Source: a virus. Taken from it: a stretch of DNA of 64,000 nt. Positions 1 to 7,625 of the stretch are shown piece after piece. The position numbers and the translations under genes were made by a program. Below the pieces are notes generated by a model that ran no database searches, was not told the DNA's origin, and saw only the letters and a program-made list of their open reading frames with translations. Within the stretch, counting starts at the first letter, position 1. The number at the start of each line of letters is the position of its first letter. The stretch spans positions 1 through 64,000 of the IMG/VR virus record IMGVR_UViG_3300026311_000001; one strand, 5' to 3'.

Positions 1-112
1 AATCTCCCTGCGAGACTAATCCAAGTCTTTCTTTACACTCGTCAAGTATTTCTATTGTATCTTCAATGGAGAGTTGTTGAATATTATATTTTTGTTTTTC
101 TGTAAGTGCCAT
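1..112 (-). CDS. hypothetical protein, N-terminal part only (runs off window)
   Basis: ATG at 112-110, open to base 1 (MALTEKQKYNIQQLSIEDTIEILDECKERLG...). It follows a cassette junction. Confidence 0.3.
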   Translation of the reverse strand, partial: MALTEKQKYNIQQLSIEDTIEILDECKERLGLVSQGD

Positions 113-176
113 TGTTACTGTATTACATGATTATTTACGTCTGTAAAGTGCGCTTATACATATGTTGTGCGCAATA

Positions 177-437
177 CTAAATTGACTCAAAGTTGTCATT
201 AAAGTATTGTTCAGCAACCAACCATTGGTCATTATGGTTTTTAGGGTTTCTAGCAATCATATCGCCACTTTTAGGAGAACCATTAGCCAAATCTTCAACC
301 GAAATTGATACCTTAACAACTCTTTTTTTATTCATTACGATTAGTTCACCAGCGTGCTTGTTGTAAACTTCAACATCGTAATCTGTAACAGGTCTCATTT
401 CTGCAACTTGCGTTCTTCTGTATTTTTTAAAACTCAT
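177..437 (-). CDS. hypothetical early cassette protein
   Basis: Track ORF 177..458; the likely ATG is at 437 (MSFKKYRRTQ...). The upstream TTG-extended part is the translated GTTA-box repeat. Confidence 0.5.
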   Translation of the reverse strand: MSFKKYRRTQVAEMRPVTDYDVEVYNKHAGELIVMNKKRVVKVSISVEDLANGSPKSGDMIARNPKNHNDQWLVAEQYFNDNFESI

Positions 438-440
438 AAA

Positions 441-579
441 GTACTGCGCACAACACAAAATAAAAAACAGTGGGTGTTGTGCGGCTTTTTAGCCACTGTG
501 CCTTGTAGTTAAGTTTTAGCGGTTGGATAGGTCAAGACTTTCAAATCCCACCGATTTTTTATTCAAACCGTTATAGGGC
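441..579 (-). repeat. cassette junction element (attC-like), minus-strand array
   Basis: Minus strand: GCCCTATAACGG (568-579), then arm GGTTTGAATAAAAAATCGGTGGG, loop, arm CCCACTGTTTTTTATTTTGT, then GTTGTGCGCAGTAC (441-454). Confidence 0.6.
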
Positions 580-581
580 AT

Positions 582-758
582 TTAAGAACGCTCGATAACT
601 TTCCAACTTTCATAACCGAAAGGTAGCGAACCGCCAGCCCTTTGGGTTACTATTCTCTTTGCTTTTGCGATGATGTATTCATCTTCATCATTTTCATCGC
701 AATTAACCTGAACCTCGCCTGAGTAGGTTGCTACCTGATACTTTACTGTTGCTATCAT
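582..758 (-). CDS. hypothetical early cassette protein
   Basis: Track ORF 582..812; likely ATG at 758 (MIATVKYQ...). It is flanked by GTTATAGGGC (778-787) and GCCCTATAAC (568-579). Confidence 0.45.
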   Translation of the reverse strand: MIATVKYQVATYSGEVQVNCDENDEDEYIIAKAKRIVTQRAGGSLPFGYESWKVIERS

Positions 759-777
759 TTTGACTTGAATTAAAAAC

Positions 778-918
778 GCCCTATAACATTGTATAACCGC
801 AAGTGGGGGCATCGTGCCAAATGCAAGTTATTTGCTCCTAATTTAGTTTAGCGTCAAAGTGAATGTTCGGAGCTTTCAATCCCCCACCTGACGGTTATAC
901 TTTGCCGTTATGCACAAG
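778..918 (-). repeat. cassette junction element (attC-like), minus-strand array
   Basis: Minus strand: CTTGTGCATAACGG (905-918), arm AAAGTATAACCGTCAGGTGGGGG, loop, arm CCCCCACTTGCGGTTATACAAT, then GTTATAGGGC (778-787). Confidence 0.65.
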
Positions 919-921
919 TGG

Positions 922-1116
922 CTACATCCGTTCCTTTTTCAACTTTAGTCCTAATTCATCAGGCTCTAAATAAAAAACAGGTGCTCTAAATCCGCAAGCA
1001 CACCAAACACCATAGCAATCTTCATAACCTTCAGGGCCATGTAATTCATGTCCGCTTTCTTTTTCCAAATGCGAGTAAGGGCATTCGTATTTACTATAAT
1101 CTGCTTTGTTTTTCAT
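922..1116 (-). CDS. hypothetical Cys/His-rich small protein
   Basis: Track ORF 922..1155; likely ATG at 1116 (MKNKADYSKYECPYSH...CYGVWCACG). Confidence 0.45.
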   Translation of the reverse strand: MKNKADYSKYECPYSHLEKESGHELHGPEGYEDCYGVWCACGFRAPVFYLEPDELGLKLKKERM

Positions 1117-1140
1117 ATTCTCATTTTTAATCCGCCACCA

Positions 1141-1280
1141 GATGCATAACAGCACCTATAAAAAATAGCGGGGTTGTTGTTAATATTTAAGTTTGTATTT
1201 CAATTTTACTTTGTTTTTAATTCGATAGTCCGTGCTTTATAATCCGCTACTTTTCATAGCTGCATTACGTTAGCCACAAT
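1141..1280 (-). repeat. cassette junction element (attC-like), minus-strand array
   Basis: Minus strand: ATTGTGGCTAACG (1268-1280, with the stop TAA inside the box), arm GCAGCTATGAAAAGTAGCGGATTA, loop, arm CCCCGCTATTTTTTATAGGTGCT, then GTTATGCATC (1141-1150). Confidence 0.65.
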
Positions 1281-1575
1281 TATTGGCTTTTAAAAATCTT
1301 TCTACTGATGTTTTTGATACATATTCATATGGTTCTTGATTGTTGTAATAATCTACGAAAGCCAATAACAGTTCGCTTTGCTGGCTAACAAGCGATATAT
1401 TGTAGTTGCTCTCGCCATGTTCAACACCGTTCGCTAACCGTTCTTTAATAAGATTGATACATACTTCTAATCCAATTTTCACTCCTCTCCAATATGTGTC
1501 ATTTTCAATATCCTCTTTATGTTCAATTGTAATTTGTTCTATCTGTTTCTCTAAATTGTTTAATAATGTTTTCAT
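1270..1575 (-). CDS. hypothetical protein whose ORF spans a cassette junction
   Basis: 101-aa ORF. The right arm plus GTTAGCCAGC box (1380-1389) lie at about codon 63, so the N-terminal third is encoded inside the junction loop. Confidence 0.5.
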   Translation of the reverse strand: MKTLLNNLEKQIEQITIEHKEDIENDTYWRGVKIGLEVCINLIKERLANGVEHGESNYNISLVSQQSELLLAFVDYYNNQEPYEYVSKTSVERFLKANNCG

Positions 1576-1674
1576 AATCGCTCACTATTTAAGTTATTTA
1601 ACATTTCTTTATTTAATCAAAGTCATTAGTTTTACAACCGCAACCACAACATATCGCCAAACGTTAGCAACAAG
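1380..1674 (-). repeat. cassette junction element with long coding loop, minus-strand array
   Basis: Minus strand: CTTGTTGCTAACG (1662-1674), arm TTGGCGATATGTTGTGGTTGC, about 250-nt loop, arm GCAACTACAATATATCGCTT, then GTTAGCCAGC (1380-1389). Confidence 0.55.
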
Positions 1675-1684
1675 GCTGCATTCC

Positions 1685-1864
1685 GTTACATTTCAAAACT
1701 ATCTTTCATTAATTGTTGTATTTCCTCAATACCCTCCATTATTTTTTTAAAAGGCTCATCAAGTTTTTCTGGTGGATAGTGGTAAATATGACCATAGTCT
1801 TGTAATCCTTCTAAAAAATCATACATTTCGCTAACCTCTGTACTTTTAATTTCTTTTATATCCA
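1685..1864 (-). CDS. hypothetical small protein (59 aa, below the track cutoff)
   Basis: Hand translation: MDIKEIKSTEVSEMYDFLEGLQDYGHIYHYPPEKLDEPFKKIMEGIEEIQQLMKDSFEM*. Bracketed by GTTAGCAAC and GTTGCTAAC. Confidence 0.35.
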
Positions 1865-1890
1865 TTTACTTATTGTTTTTAAAACCGCCC

Positions 1891-1999
1891 AGTTGCTAAC
1901 AAGCGGTCATAGTTAATAAAGCCGTGATATTGTTTAGTTCTTCGATTCAGCAGTAATGGCACGGCTTTACTAACCATACCACCAAACGTTATGTACAAG
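1891..1999 (-). repeat. cassette junction element (attC-like), minus-strand array
   Basis: Minus strand: CTTGTACATAACG (1987-1999), arm GGTGGTATGGTTAGTAAAGCCGTG, loop, arm CACGGCTTTATTAACTATGACCGCTT, then GTTAGCAAC (1891-1899). Confidence 0.6.
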
Positions 2000-2014
2000 C
2001 GCAAGCCTGCACTT

Positions 2015-2227
2015 CTAATCAGGTTCAGTGGGAGTAATTTTATTATTTTTTTGCCCACCCGCTTCGGCTTTATCAAGCCGTTTGGAAATCACCTTATTCA
2101 TAGCTTTCAGCAAATCATCTATAAATTGCTTATGAATTTTAGGTATTGAATTTCTTCTCACAGTTTGGCGTGAGCCTGCCAGAAAACGGCTAAGCTCACC
2201 CCAATTAATTAAATCTTCGGCTTTCAT
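2015..2227 (-). CDS. hypothetical protein
   Basis: Track ORF with a 4-nt overlap to the upstream ORF (operon-like packing). Confidence 0.5.
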   Translation of the reverse strand: MKAEDLINWGELSRFLAGSRQTVRRNSIPKIHKQFIDDLLKAMNKVISKRLDKAEAGGQKNNKITPTEPD

Positions 2228-2457
2228 TGTTCTAAAATTTCATTCTTTAAATCATCAGCTATTCTTTTTTGGTCTATTTTGGGGCTGTCAGTTATTTCAT
2301 ATCCTAAAATTTCACACAATCTACGATAGTAGAAATTTTCTGTTTTGAAGGGATTTAAACACGTAGCCATTTCGTTAGTATAATTTTGAGCTATGACATT
2401 AAATGTTTTTATGTCTTTTTCTTTTAGCTCATTAAATAATTGCTTTATTGTTTTCAT
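2224..2457 (-). CDS. hypothetical protein
   Basis: Track ORF, tightly packed and co-directional. Confidence 0.5.
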   Translation of the reverse strand: MKTIKQLFNELKEKDIKTFNVIAQNYTNEMATCLNPFKTENFYYRRLCEILGYEITDSPKIDQKRIADDLKNEILEQ

Positions 2458-2462
2458 TGCTT

Positions 2463-2813
2463 TTATTTATTAAGTTTTGAACAAATATTAGTTATTATAG
2501 TGCCATTGTTTATCTTTTCATTCATCATTTTATTTACAAACCATTTAGGAATAATATTATCTTTTACAACTGAAACTGGAACCCAAAATGTAAAATGGCT
2601 GTATAATTTACCATCTTCACGTGTATCATATTCGCAAAATATTAAAACTTTCATTGCTTTACCGCTTTCTGATAAACCTTGATTAACATAATAATCAGTG
2701 TTTAAATCTCTTGCAAAATCTTTTGAAGGGTTTTGCATATAAGTGTTAAAACTTCTTTGAAATTCTTTTGCCCTTTTTTCTTGAGCTCTTTTTATGTAAT
2801 CAAATTTGGTCAT
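2463..2813 (-). CDS. hypothetical protein
   Basis: Track ORF of 116 aa; no motif recognised. Confidence 0.55.
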   Translation of the reverse strand: MTKFDYIKRAQEKRAKEFQRSFNTYMQNPSKDFARDLNTDYYVNQGLSESGKAMKVLIFCEYDTREDGKLYSHFTFWVPVSVVKDNIIPKWFVNKMMNEKINNGTIITNICSKLNK

Positions 2814-2834
2814 TGTCTTATGTTTTAAATATTT

Positions 2835-2990
2835 TCATTCTTCAGGAATATCCCTCAGTAATTTATCCGAATAATCGTAAAGCAATTTAGAAAGGTTCTT
2901 GTAGTAACCTGTTAACCGTTTTCTTTTATCAGGTTCTATCCTGAAAGCTATCCTATCCGTTCTAGGATTTTCTTTAAAAGGTCGTGCCAT
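2835..2990 (-). CDS. possible ribbon-helix-helix DNA-binding protein
   Basis: MARPFKENPRTDRIAFRIEPDKRKRL resembles the GRP...R..FRL..E N-terminus of Arc/MetJ-type RHH proteins. Internal ATG chosen. Confidence 0.35.
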   Translation of the reverse strand: MARPFKENPRTDRIAFRIEPDKRKRLTGYYKNLSKLLYDYSDKLLRDIPEE

Positions 2991-3106
2991 ATATATCAAA
3001 ATTAAAGATTTCTTCACCGTTGTGGTTTATCGGGGCTGTTAGCCGTACCCCCGCTTCAATGATAACCGTAACCAATAATCCTAAACAGATTATCAAAAGT
3101 AGAATT

Positions 3107-3379
3107 TCAAAAAAGTTCATGGGATTGAGGTTTAATGAGATCACGCAGACTAATGTTCGGGTGTACCCGTTCATCTACCGGCAGTAAAGCGTAGCCGTAG
3201 AGAGCTTCACCGGAAGGGCTTAACCGTACCAGTTCCTCATCCGGCTTAATCGTCTGAAGCATCTGTTCCAGCATTTCAATATCATCCTGAATAAGCCGTT
3301 TCATGGCTATATCAACCTGATATTTTACGTTCTGGCAGAACTGAATATTTTCCTTTAATTCTTTGACTGAATATTGCAT
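3107..3379 (-). CDS. hypothetical protein
   Basis: Track ORF of 90 aa. Confidence 0.45.
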   Translation of the reverse strand: MQYSVKELKENIQFCQNVKYQVDIAMKRLIQDDIEMLEQMLQTIKPDEELVRLSPSGEALYGYALLPVDERVHPNISLRDLIKPQSHELF

Positions 3380-3628
3380 AAGTCAGTTAATTTTAGTAAA
3401 TTACATGATGTTCTTTGACATGAATATAATCAAATTATCGGAACCGGCGCAAAGTATATTGGCCGTCCGGAGAACCGGTTTATAACCGTTGAGAGTTTAG
3501 CCGTCTGACATATTACTGAAAACACATTCAAAATAAAGCGAATTTAAGGCTATTAGCTAATAAAAACCTTCAGACAATGAATTGGCCGTTTTATTACTTC
3601 GTAGCCTTAAATCGCTTTAAAATGAGTT

Positions 3629-3922
3629 TTATTCACCTCCTAAGTTTTGTTCAAAAGGTGAAAGATCACGTAATATTTCCCGCGGATCAGTTTTAGAGTA
3701 GTAAAGATCATATTCAGCGTTCTTCATTCTCAGAGAATCGGAATAGATTAATTCTTTTCCTACATCGCTAAATACTTCTTTTGCCCGTTCAGCTTGTTCC
3801 TGTAAAACGGGTAAAATTTGCCTTACCTGGTAGTTTAAGTCAACGTATTTGTAGGTTATGAATATTGAGTAGATAACCGTACCCGTTGCCAGTAACCAGG
3901 CTATTAGTTCACGTTTCTTCAT
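3629..3922 (-). CDS. hypothetical N-terminally membrane-anchored protein
   Basis: The segment LIAWLLATGTVIYSIFITY is hydrophobic. Confidence 0.5.
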   Translation of the reverse strand: MKKRELIAWLLATGTVIYSIFITYKYVDLNYQVRQILPVLQEQAERAKEVFSDVGKELIYSDSLRMKNAEYDLYYSKTDPREILRDLSPFEQNLGGE

Positions 3923-3940
3923 TGTATTGTGTTTTTGGTT

Positions 3941-4026
3941 TGTTCCTGTCCGGGGAATCGAACCCCGGAGAAACCATTCAGGAGATTTTAGAGTTAGAAA
4001 ACTTATCGAGTGTTAAAAACACAGGA
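3941..4026 (-). other. tRNA-like fragment (canonical T-arm and acceptor 3' strand, degenerate 5' half)
   Basis: Minus strand reads ...CGGGGTTCGATTCCCCG-GACAGGA-A with a partial 5' acceptor TCCTGTG. The D-loop lacks GG, and the anticodon region has only a 4-bp stem with an 8-nt loop. Confidence 0.3.
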
Positions 4027-4176
4027 TAAAAGCACACCGCACAAGCGGAAACAATTAGTATAAAGATCATGGTTAACAATATATTGGTAGTTCAATAAAA
4101 CCATTTTCAGCCCATTCCTGAAGGATCATTTCATCAGTTTGATAGTGTTCAGTTTTCATATAAGTAAAATTTAGGT

Positions 4177-4722
4177 TTATTTATGCGCTCTTAAAATTCG
4201 TCTGTATTTTGCATGCGGCCATCTTTTGTCGTTCTGCAATTTCCTGTACATTTTATCTATTTCAGCTAATCTTTTAGAATAATCAGAATTGATAGAATCG
4301 GATGCAATTTGTTGTTTTATTGCGTCTCTTTTCTTTTTGCTTTCAGGCATGAAGCTAGCATAATCAGAAGACAAGGAACCAAGAGAAATTAATTGCAGCC
4401 AATTATGCCGGGCCAGTTTGTTGAGCTGTTCCAGGATCGCAATGTTTTTTTCAGTTAAATCTACAGTGTATTGCAATTGTATGTTACAATCATTTGAGGT
4501 GTTTACGTGCTTTTTCTCAGGTAAGTAACCGAATTGAATTCGTAACCAATTAAGCGCGTATTTTGTGCAATGTATTTTGAATTGCATATCACCGCCGGTA
4601 AATCTACCCGTTGAATAGGTATATTTAGGCGAACATTTGAACTCAGATACTTGAAAATAAATACTAATAGGGTCATTCACATACACTTTGCAGAGGTGAA
4701 TGTAATTATCTAACGTTTTCAT
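4177..4722 (-). CDS. hypothetical protein
   Basis: Track ORF 4177..4746; likely ATG at 4722 (MKTLDNYIHL...). Confidence 0.55.
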   Translation of the reverse strand: MKTLDNYIHLCKVYVNDPISIYFQVSEFKCSPKYTYSTGRFTGGDMQFKIHCTKYALNWLRIQFGYLPEKKHVNTSNDCNIQLQYTVDLTEKNIAILEQLNKLARHNWLQLISLGSLSSDYASFMPESKKKRDAIKQQIASDSINSDYSKRLAEIDKMYRKLQNDKRWPHAKYRRILRAHK

Positions 4723-4759
4723 AATAAAAAAAATTAGGTTTAACAAACTGTTTTCAATG

Positions 4760-4794
4760 CCAAAACCGGGATAACCTTTCGGTCATTGCCCGGC
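4760..4794 (-). terminator. rho-independent terminator (minus strand)
   Basis: Minus strand: GCCGGGCAATGACCGAAAGGTTATCCCGGTTTTGG, directly after the stop of 4801..5001. A near-identical copy lies at 6570-6602. Confidence 0.5.
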
Positions 4795-4800
4795 AAATGA

Positions 4801-5001
4801 TTACATGTGAAATATTTTATCGTATGCTGTTTTTATTGCTTCTACGTGTTTTTTTGATGGGAGCACACAAACAAAATTGCCTTGATCTGTATACCCTATA
4901 TTTTCCTCTTCTAGAGTGCATTCGATTTCATAATCAAATCTTTTCTTTTCTCCGGCAATGGTTAACCAGATTTTTGTTTTTAATATGCCTTTCATGGTCA
5001 A
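4801..5001 (-). CDS. hypothetical protein
   Basis: Track ORF of 66 aa, followed by a terminator. Confidence 0.45.
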   Translation of the reverse strand: MTMKGILKTKIWLTIAGEKKRFDYEIECTLEEENIGYTDQGNFVCVLPSKKHVEAIKTAYDKIFHM

Positions 5002-5006
5002 TTGTG

Positions 5007-5363
5007 TTAAAGGGAGTTAAAATAATTAAACTCGGTTTTTGTTATATCGGTAAACGTATCAGTGTTTGCCTTGTATAATCTATAAACAGTCTTAAATATG
5101 CCTTGTTTGAGCGTTTCTTTTGCTTGTAGCCATTCTTTTGTGTCTGGGTGTTGATCGTTGCCAAAAGGGATTTTCCACGCCCTGTCTTTAATCCATTGTT
5201 CTAATTTGTCTTCTGCCGCCCTGTTCCTTTGTTTTTCCTCACTTACGGTTGAACCGTTTCTTTTCTGTATTGATAGCCATTCAGCCCTTGTTAAAACGCC
5301 TTCAGGATAACGAAAAACCTGTTTTAGTGTAAATTCTTTTTTATAGTCTTGTATTGTTTTCAT
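5007..5363 (-). CDS. hypothetical protein
   Basis: Track ORF of 118 aa. Confidence 0.55.
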   Translation of the reverse strand: MKTIQDYKKEFTLKQVFRYPEGVLTRAEWLSIQKRNGSTVSEEKQRNRAAEDKLEQWIKDRAWKIPFGNDQHPDTKEWLQAKETLKQGIFKTVYRLYKANTDTFTDITKTEFNYFNSL

Positions 5364-5379
5364 AATATTTAATATTTGG

Positions 5380-5562
5380 TTAATTCATACATACATCAAT
5401 TATCTCCGCTAATATCCTTCCGCCTCCAATAAACTTAATACGGATAGGATATTCTTGTGATTCTAGTTTAACAGGTATTGTCTTATCGTTAAATTGGATA
5501 GGCATAATACTTGTCTTTTTGTAGGCTTCGTAATCCATAATTTTAATTTTTGATTGGTTCAT
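5380..5562 (-). CDS. hypothetical protein
   Basis: Track ORF 5380..5616; likely ATG at 5562 (MNQSKIKIMDYEAY...). Confidence 0.4.
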   Translation of the reverse strand: MNQSKIKIMDYEAYKKTSIMPIQFNDKTIPVKLESQEYPIRIKFIGGGRILAEIIDVCMN

Positions 5563-5616
5563 TACAGGGCTTTCACACCCTGTTCTCTGAATTGTGTACG
5601 GACTTGAAACCGGCAA

Positions 5617-6027
5617 TCAATTATCAAACATCCGACAAACCTCCTCAGCCGCAAACCAGGCCATTAAATTGGGTATAGTTGTTTCCTTGCATTTACCGCC
5701 ACCAAGATAACAATACAAGTCTTTTCTGTCATCGTTATCCATTGGGTTATTACGGAACACACCAAAACCGGATACCATTTTTACAACGTCTTCGCCAAGT
5801 TGTTCGGCCATCTCTTCAAGTAGTTGTACAATATGTTTTCTGTGTTTCATCGCAAAGGGCACGGTGTCGGAATAATAAGTGAAACCAGGAAAGCCGCCAT
5901 CAACGCCGTGATTAACAATATCCATTACATAATCAGTGCCTCCAAGTTGCCTTATCACTGCATTTATCAGATTTTTATAATCTGGATTGTCTTGTAATAC
6001 CTGTTTTTGTGTTTTCATTTTTTTCAT
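5617..6027 (-). CDS. hypothetical protein
   Basis: Track ORF of 136 aa (..GVDGGFPGFTYYSDTVPF..). Its 5' leader TTTAACCAATTAAAACTTAATACG-ATG is duplicated at 6899-6924. Confidence 0.6.
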   Translation of the reverse strand: MKKMKTQKQVLQDNPDYKNLINAVIRQLGGTDYVMDIVNHGVDGGFPGFTYYSDTVPFAMKHRKHIVQLLEEMAEQLGEDVVKMVSGFGVFRNNPMDNDDRKDLYCYLGGGKCKETTIPNLMAWFAAEEVCRMFDN

Positions 6028-6208
6028 CGTATTAAGTTTTAATTGGTTAAATTTGTACCCTTAACCGGTCACGAATCGGTTGACAGTCTTAAGCTGATTA
6101 AGGGTAAAATATCACAAGTAAACAACTAAGCTACAAATTGAGAGAGTAAAAGTCACCGCGCGACCGCTATTTTACCCGGTCAATTTGCCTTGTGCTTGTC
6201 AGTACGTC

Positions 6209-6273
6209 AAAGAGCTTGTAATAATTTGATGAAGTAAATGTACATACATTATTATTACTGTGCAAATATTTAT
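6209..6273 (-). repeat. 65-nt direct repeat, copy 1 (promoter-like region)
   Basis: Identical to 6922-6986 by eye (AAAGAGCTTGTAATAATTTGATGAAGTAAATGTACATACATTATTATTACTGTGCAAATATTTAT). Confidence 0.7.
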
Positions 6274-6278
6274 ACAAT

Positions 6279-6564
6279 GGAGCGTAAAACCCATTGGTCA
6301 CGAAGTGCCGATGGGATGTAAGCGACCTCCTTTTTTTCGCTTGCATTTTTGAAATAATTGTTGTATCTTTGTAGTGAAGTTCTTTGTTTGTGCAAATTAA
6401 GTTCACCTCCGGGACAGAGGGTTGAGCGCATCGAGCCGTCCTGCACAACAGGTTGTAAAACCTGAAAAGGAGGCGTTGAAGTGCGAAAAGTTCAATATGT
6501 AAAGTTAATGCTTGCATTCGCTTTCTTTTGAAGCCCATCAATCTTTAGTTGATGGGTAGTTCAC
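6279..6564 (+). mobile_element. tnpB-less IS605-family mini-element (left-end palindrome, promoter, omega-RNA-like right end)
   Basis: 6279-6330 GGAGCGTAAAACCCATTGGTCA..TGCCGATGGGATGTAAGCGACCTCC has the same architecture as the left ends upstream of the tnpB copies. A TATCTTTG box lies at 6364-6371. 6530-6564 GAAGCCCATCAATCTTTAGTTGATGGGTAGTTCAC matches the termini downstream of tnpB. No ORF is present. Confidence 0.45.
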
Positions 6565-6569
6565 ACTGA

Positions 6570-6602
6570 CAAAACCGGGATAGCTTTCACCATTGCCCGG
6601 TA
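6570..6602 (-). terminator. rho-independent terminator (minus strand)
   Basis: Minus strand: ACCGGGCAATGGTGAAAGCTATCCCGGTTTTGT; a paralogue of 4760-4794. Confidence 0.45.
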
Positions 6603-6731
6603 AAGGATTAATAAATATCAGTTCCGTATTGTTCAAGACTTTTTGCTGCTCTTGTGGCTTGTATAATATCTTTACCACAATCCAGATGATAAACGTAACC
6701 GCGCATTTTATCGTATACTATTTCACTGCCT

Positions 6732-6899
6732 TTAATTGCGATGAATAGTCTTCCCCTTGTATTGTACTTCATCCGCGTAAATTGAGGTATTGCCTACGTA
6801 CCAAATCAGAGTGACATCTTCATCACCATCTATATCCCAATAGTACTCAGGAGAGCGGCATACGTCTTTTGCCTTGTGTGATTCTTTATAAGCTACCAT
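6732..6899 (-). CDS. hypothetical protein (possibly frameshifted with a downstream 6603-6740 reading frame)
   Basis: Likely ATG at 6899 (MVAYKESHKAKDV...). A second frame (..IKGSEIVYDKMRGYVYHLDCGKDIIQATRAAKSLEQYGTDIY*) continues to about 6603. Confidence 0.4.
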   Translation of the reverse strand: MVAYKESHKAKDVCRSPEYYWDIDGDEDVTLIWYVGNTSIYADEVQYKGKTIHRN

Positions 6900-6921
6900 C
6901 GTATTAAGTTTTAATTGGTTA

Positions 6922-6986
6922 AAAGAGCTTGTAATAATTTGATGAAGTAAATGTACATACATTATTATTACTGTGCAAATATTTAT
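6922..6986 (-). repeat. 65-nt direct repeat, copy 2
   Basis: See 6209-6273. Confidence 0.7.
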
Positions 6987-7352
6987 TCAATTATTTTCGA
7001 TGAACATTATCACCGCAAACAGGTGATTTAAATCATCAAAAGTTAATAAGATAAATCATCTTTTTCTTGCTAATTAGTTAGAAATGATTATATTTGTATG
7101 TTTTCATGGTTAGACAAAAAGGAAAGGCGGGCCGGACAACCATTTTGCAGGATCAAGGTGAAGACAGTTCGGCCCTCTTTTTAAACCAAGTACATTGAAA
7201 CCTTAACTAGGTTAGTAACGTATATATATGGGCAACCAAAAAAAATACGTTATGAAACACAGAAAAGGTAACAGCGAATTAAAAAATCACCTACTTTTCA
7301 AACTCTTTTTTATAGGTGTAAAACTAAAGAGTTACAAAAGAAGAATACTAAA

Positions 7353-7619
7353 GTGAAAAAAGATCATCTCATAAGATCCCTTAAGCTAATTCCAGGCAAT
7401 CCGGACATATTTGTTCGGATAATGAGAAGAAACGAGCCGTCAGACCAAACGACAGTATTCTCGTTGTGTACAACAACCAACAATAACCCTGAATATTTCA
7501 TTCTTGTTGACTTAACTAATCAATTGAGGCAAGAAAACGAAGAAAAAACGGAAGAAACCCAGGAACTAAACCCGGAACCGAACACAAAACAAGTTAATCC
7601 ATTCGATACATTGATATGA
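7353..7619 (+). CDS. hypothetical protein
   Basis: Track ORF of 88 aa in an otherwise gene-poor region. Confidence 0.35.
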   Translation: MKKDHLIRSLKLIPGNPDIFVRIMRRNEPSDQTTVFSLCTTTNNNPEYFILVDLTNQLRQENEEKTEETQELNPEPNTKQVNPFDTLI

Positions 7620-7625
7620 AATATC

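Noticed and set aside
1406-1750. 114-aa plus-strand ORF across the minus-strand cassette genes, and similar plus-strand ORFs at 2440..2682 and 2984..3187.
   Set aside because: They are antisense to better-supported minus-strand ORFs and run through junction repeats. Their composition is hydrophobic and low in complexity.
2895-2925. CTTGTAGTAAC at about 2899-2909 as the missing GTTA-box partner of the TAAC-box at 1987-1999 (CTTGTACATAAC).
   Set aside because: The match is imperfect (6+4 nt with an indel), it lies inside an ORF, and it has no adjacent arm sequence. Whether 2015-3400 forms one multi-gene cassette is left open.
3941-4026. Calling a functional tRNA gene.
   Set aside because: Only the T-arm and acceptor are canonical. 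The D-loop lacks the conserved GG and no 5-bp/7-nt anticodon arm can be drawn. It is reported only as a tRNA-like fragment.
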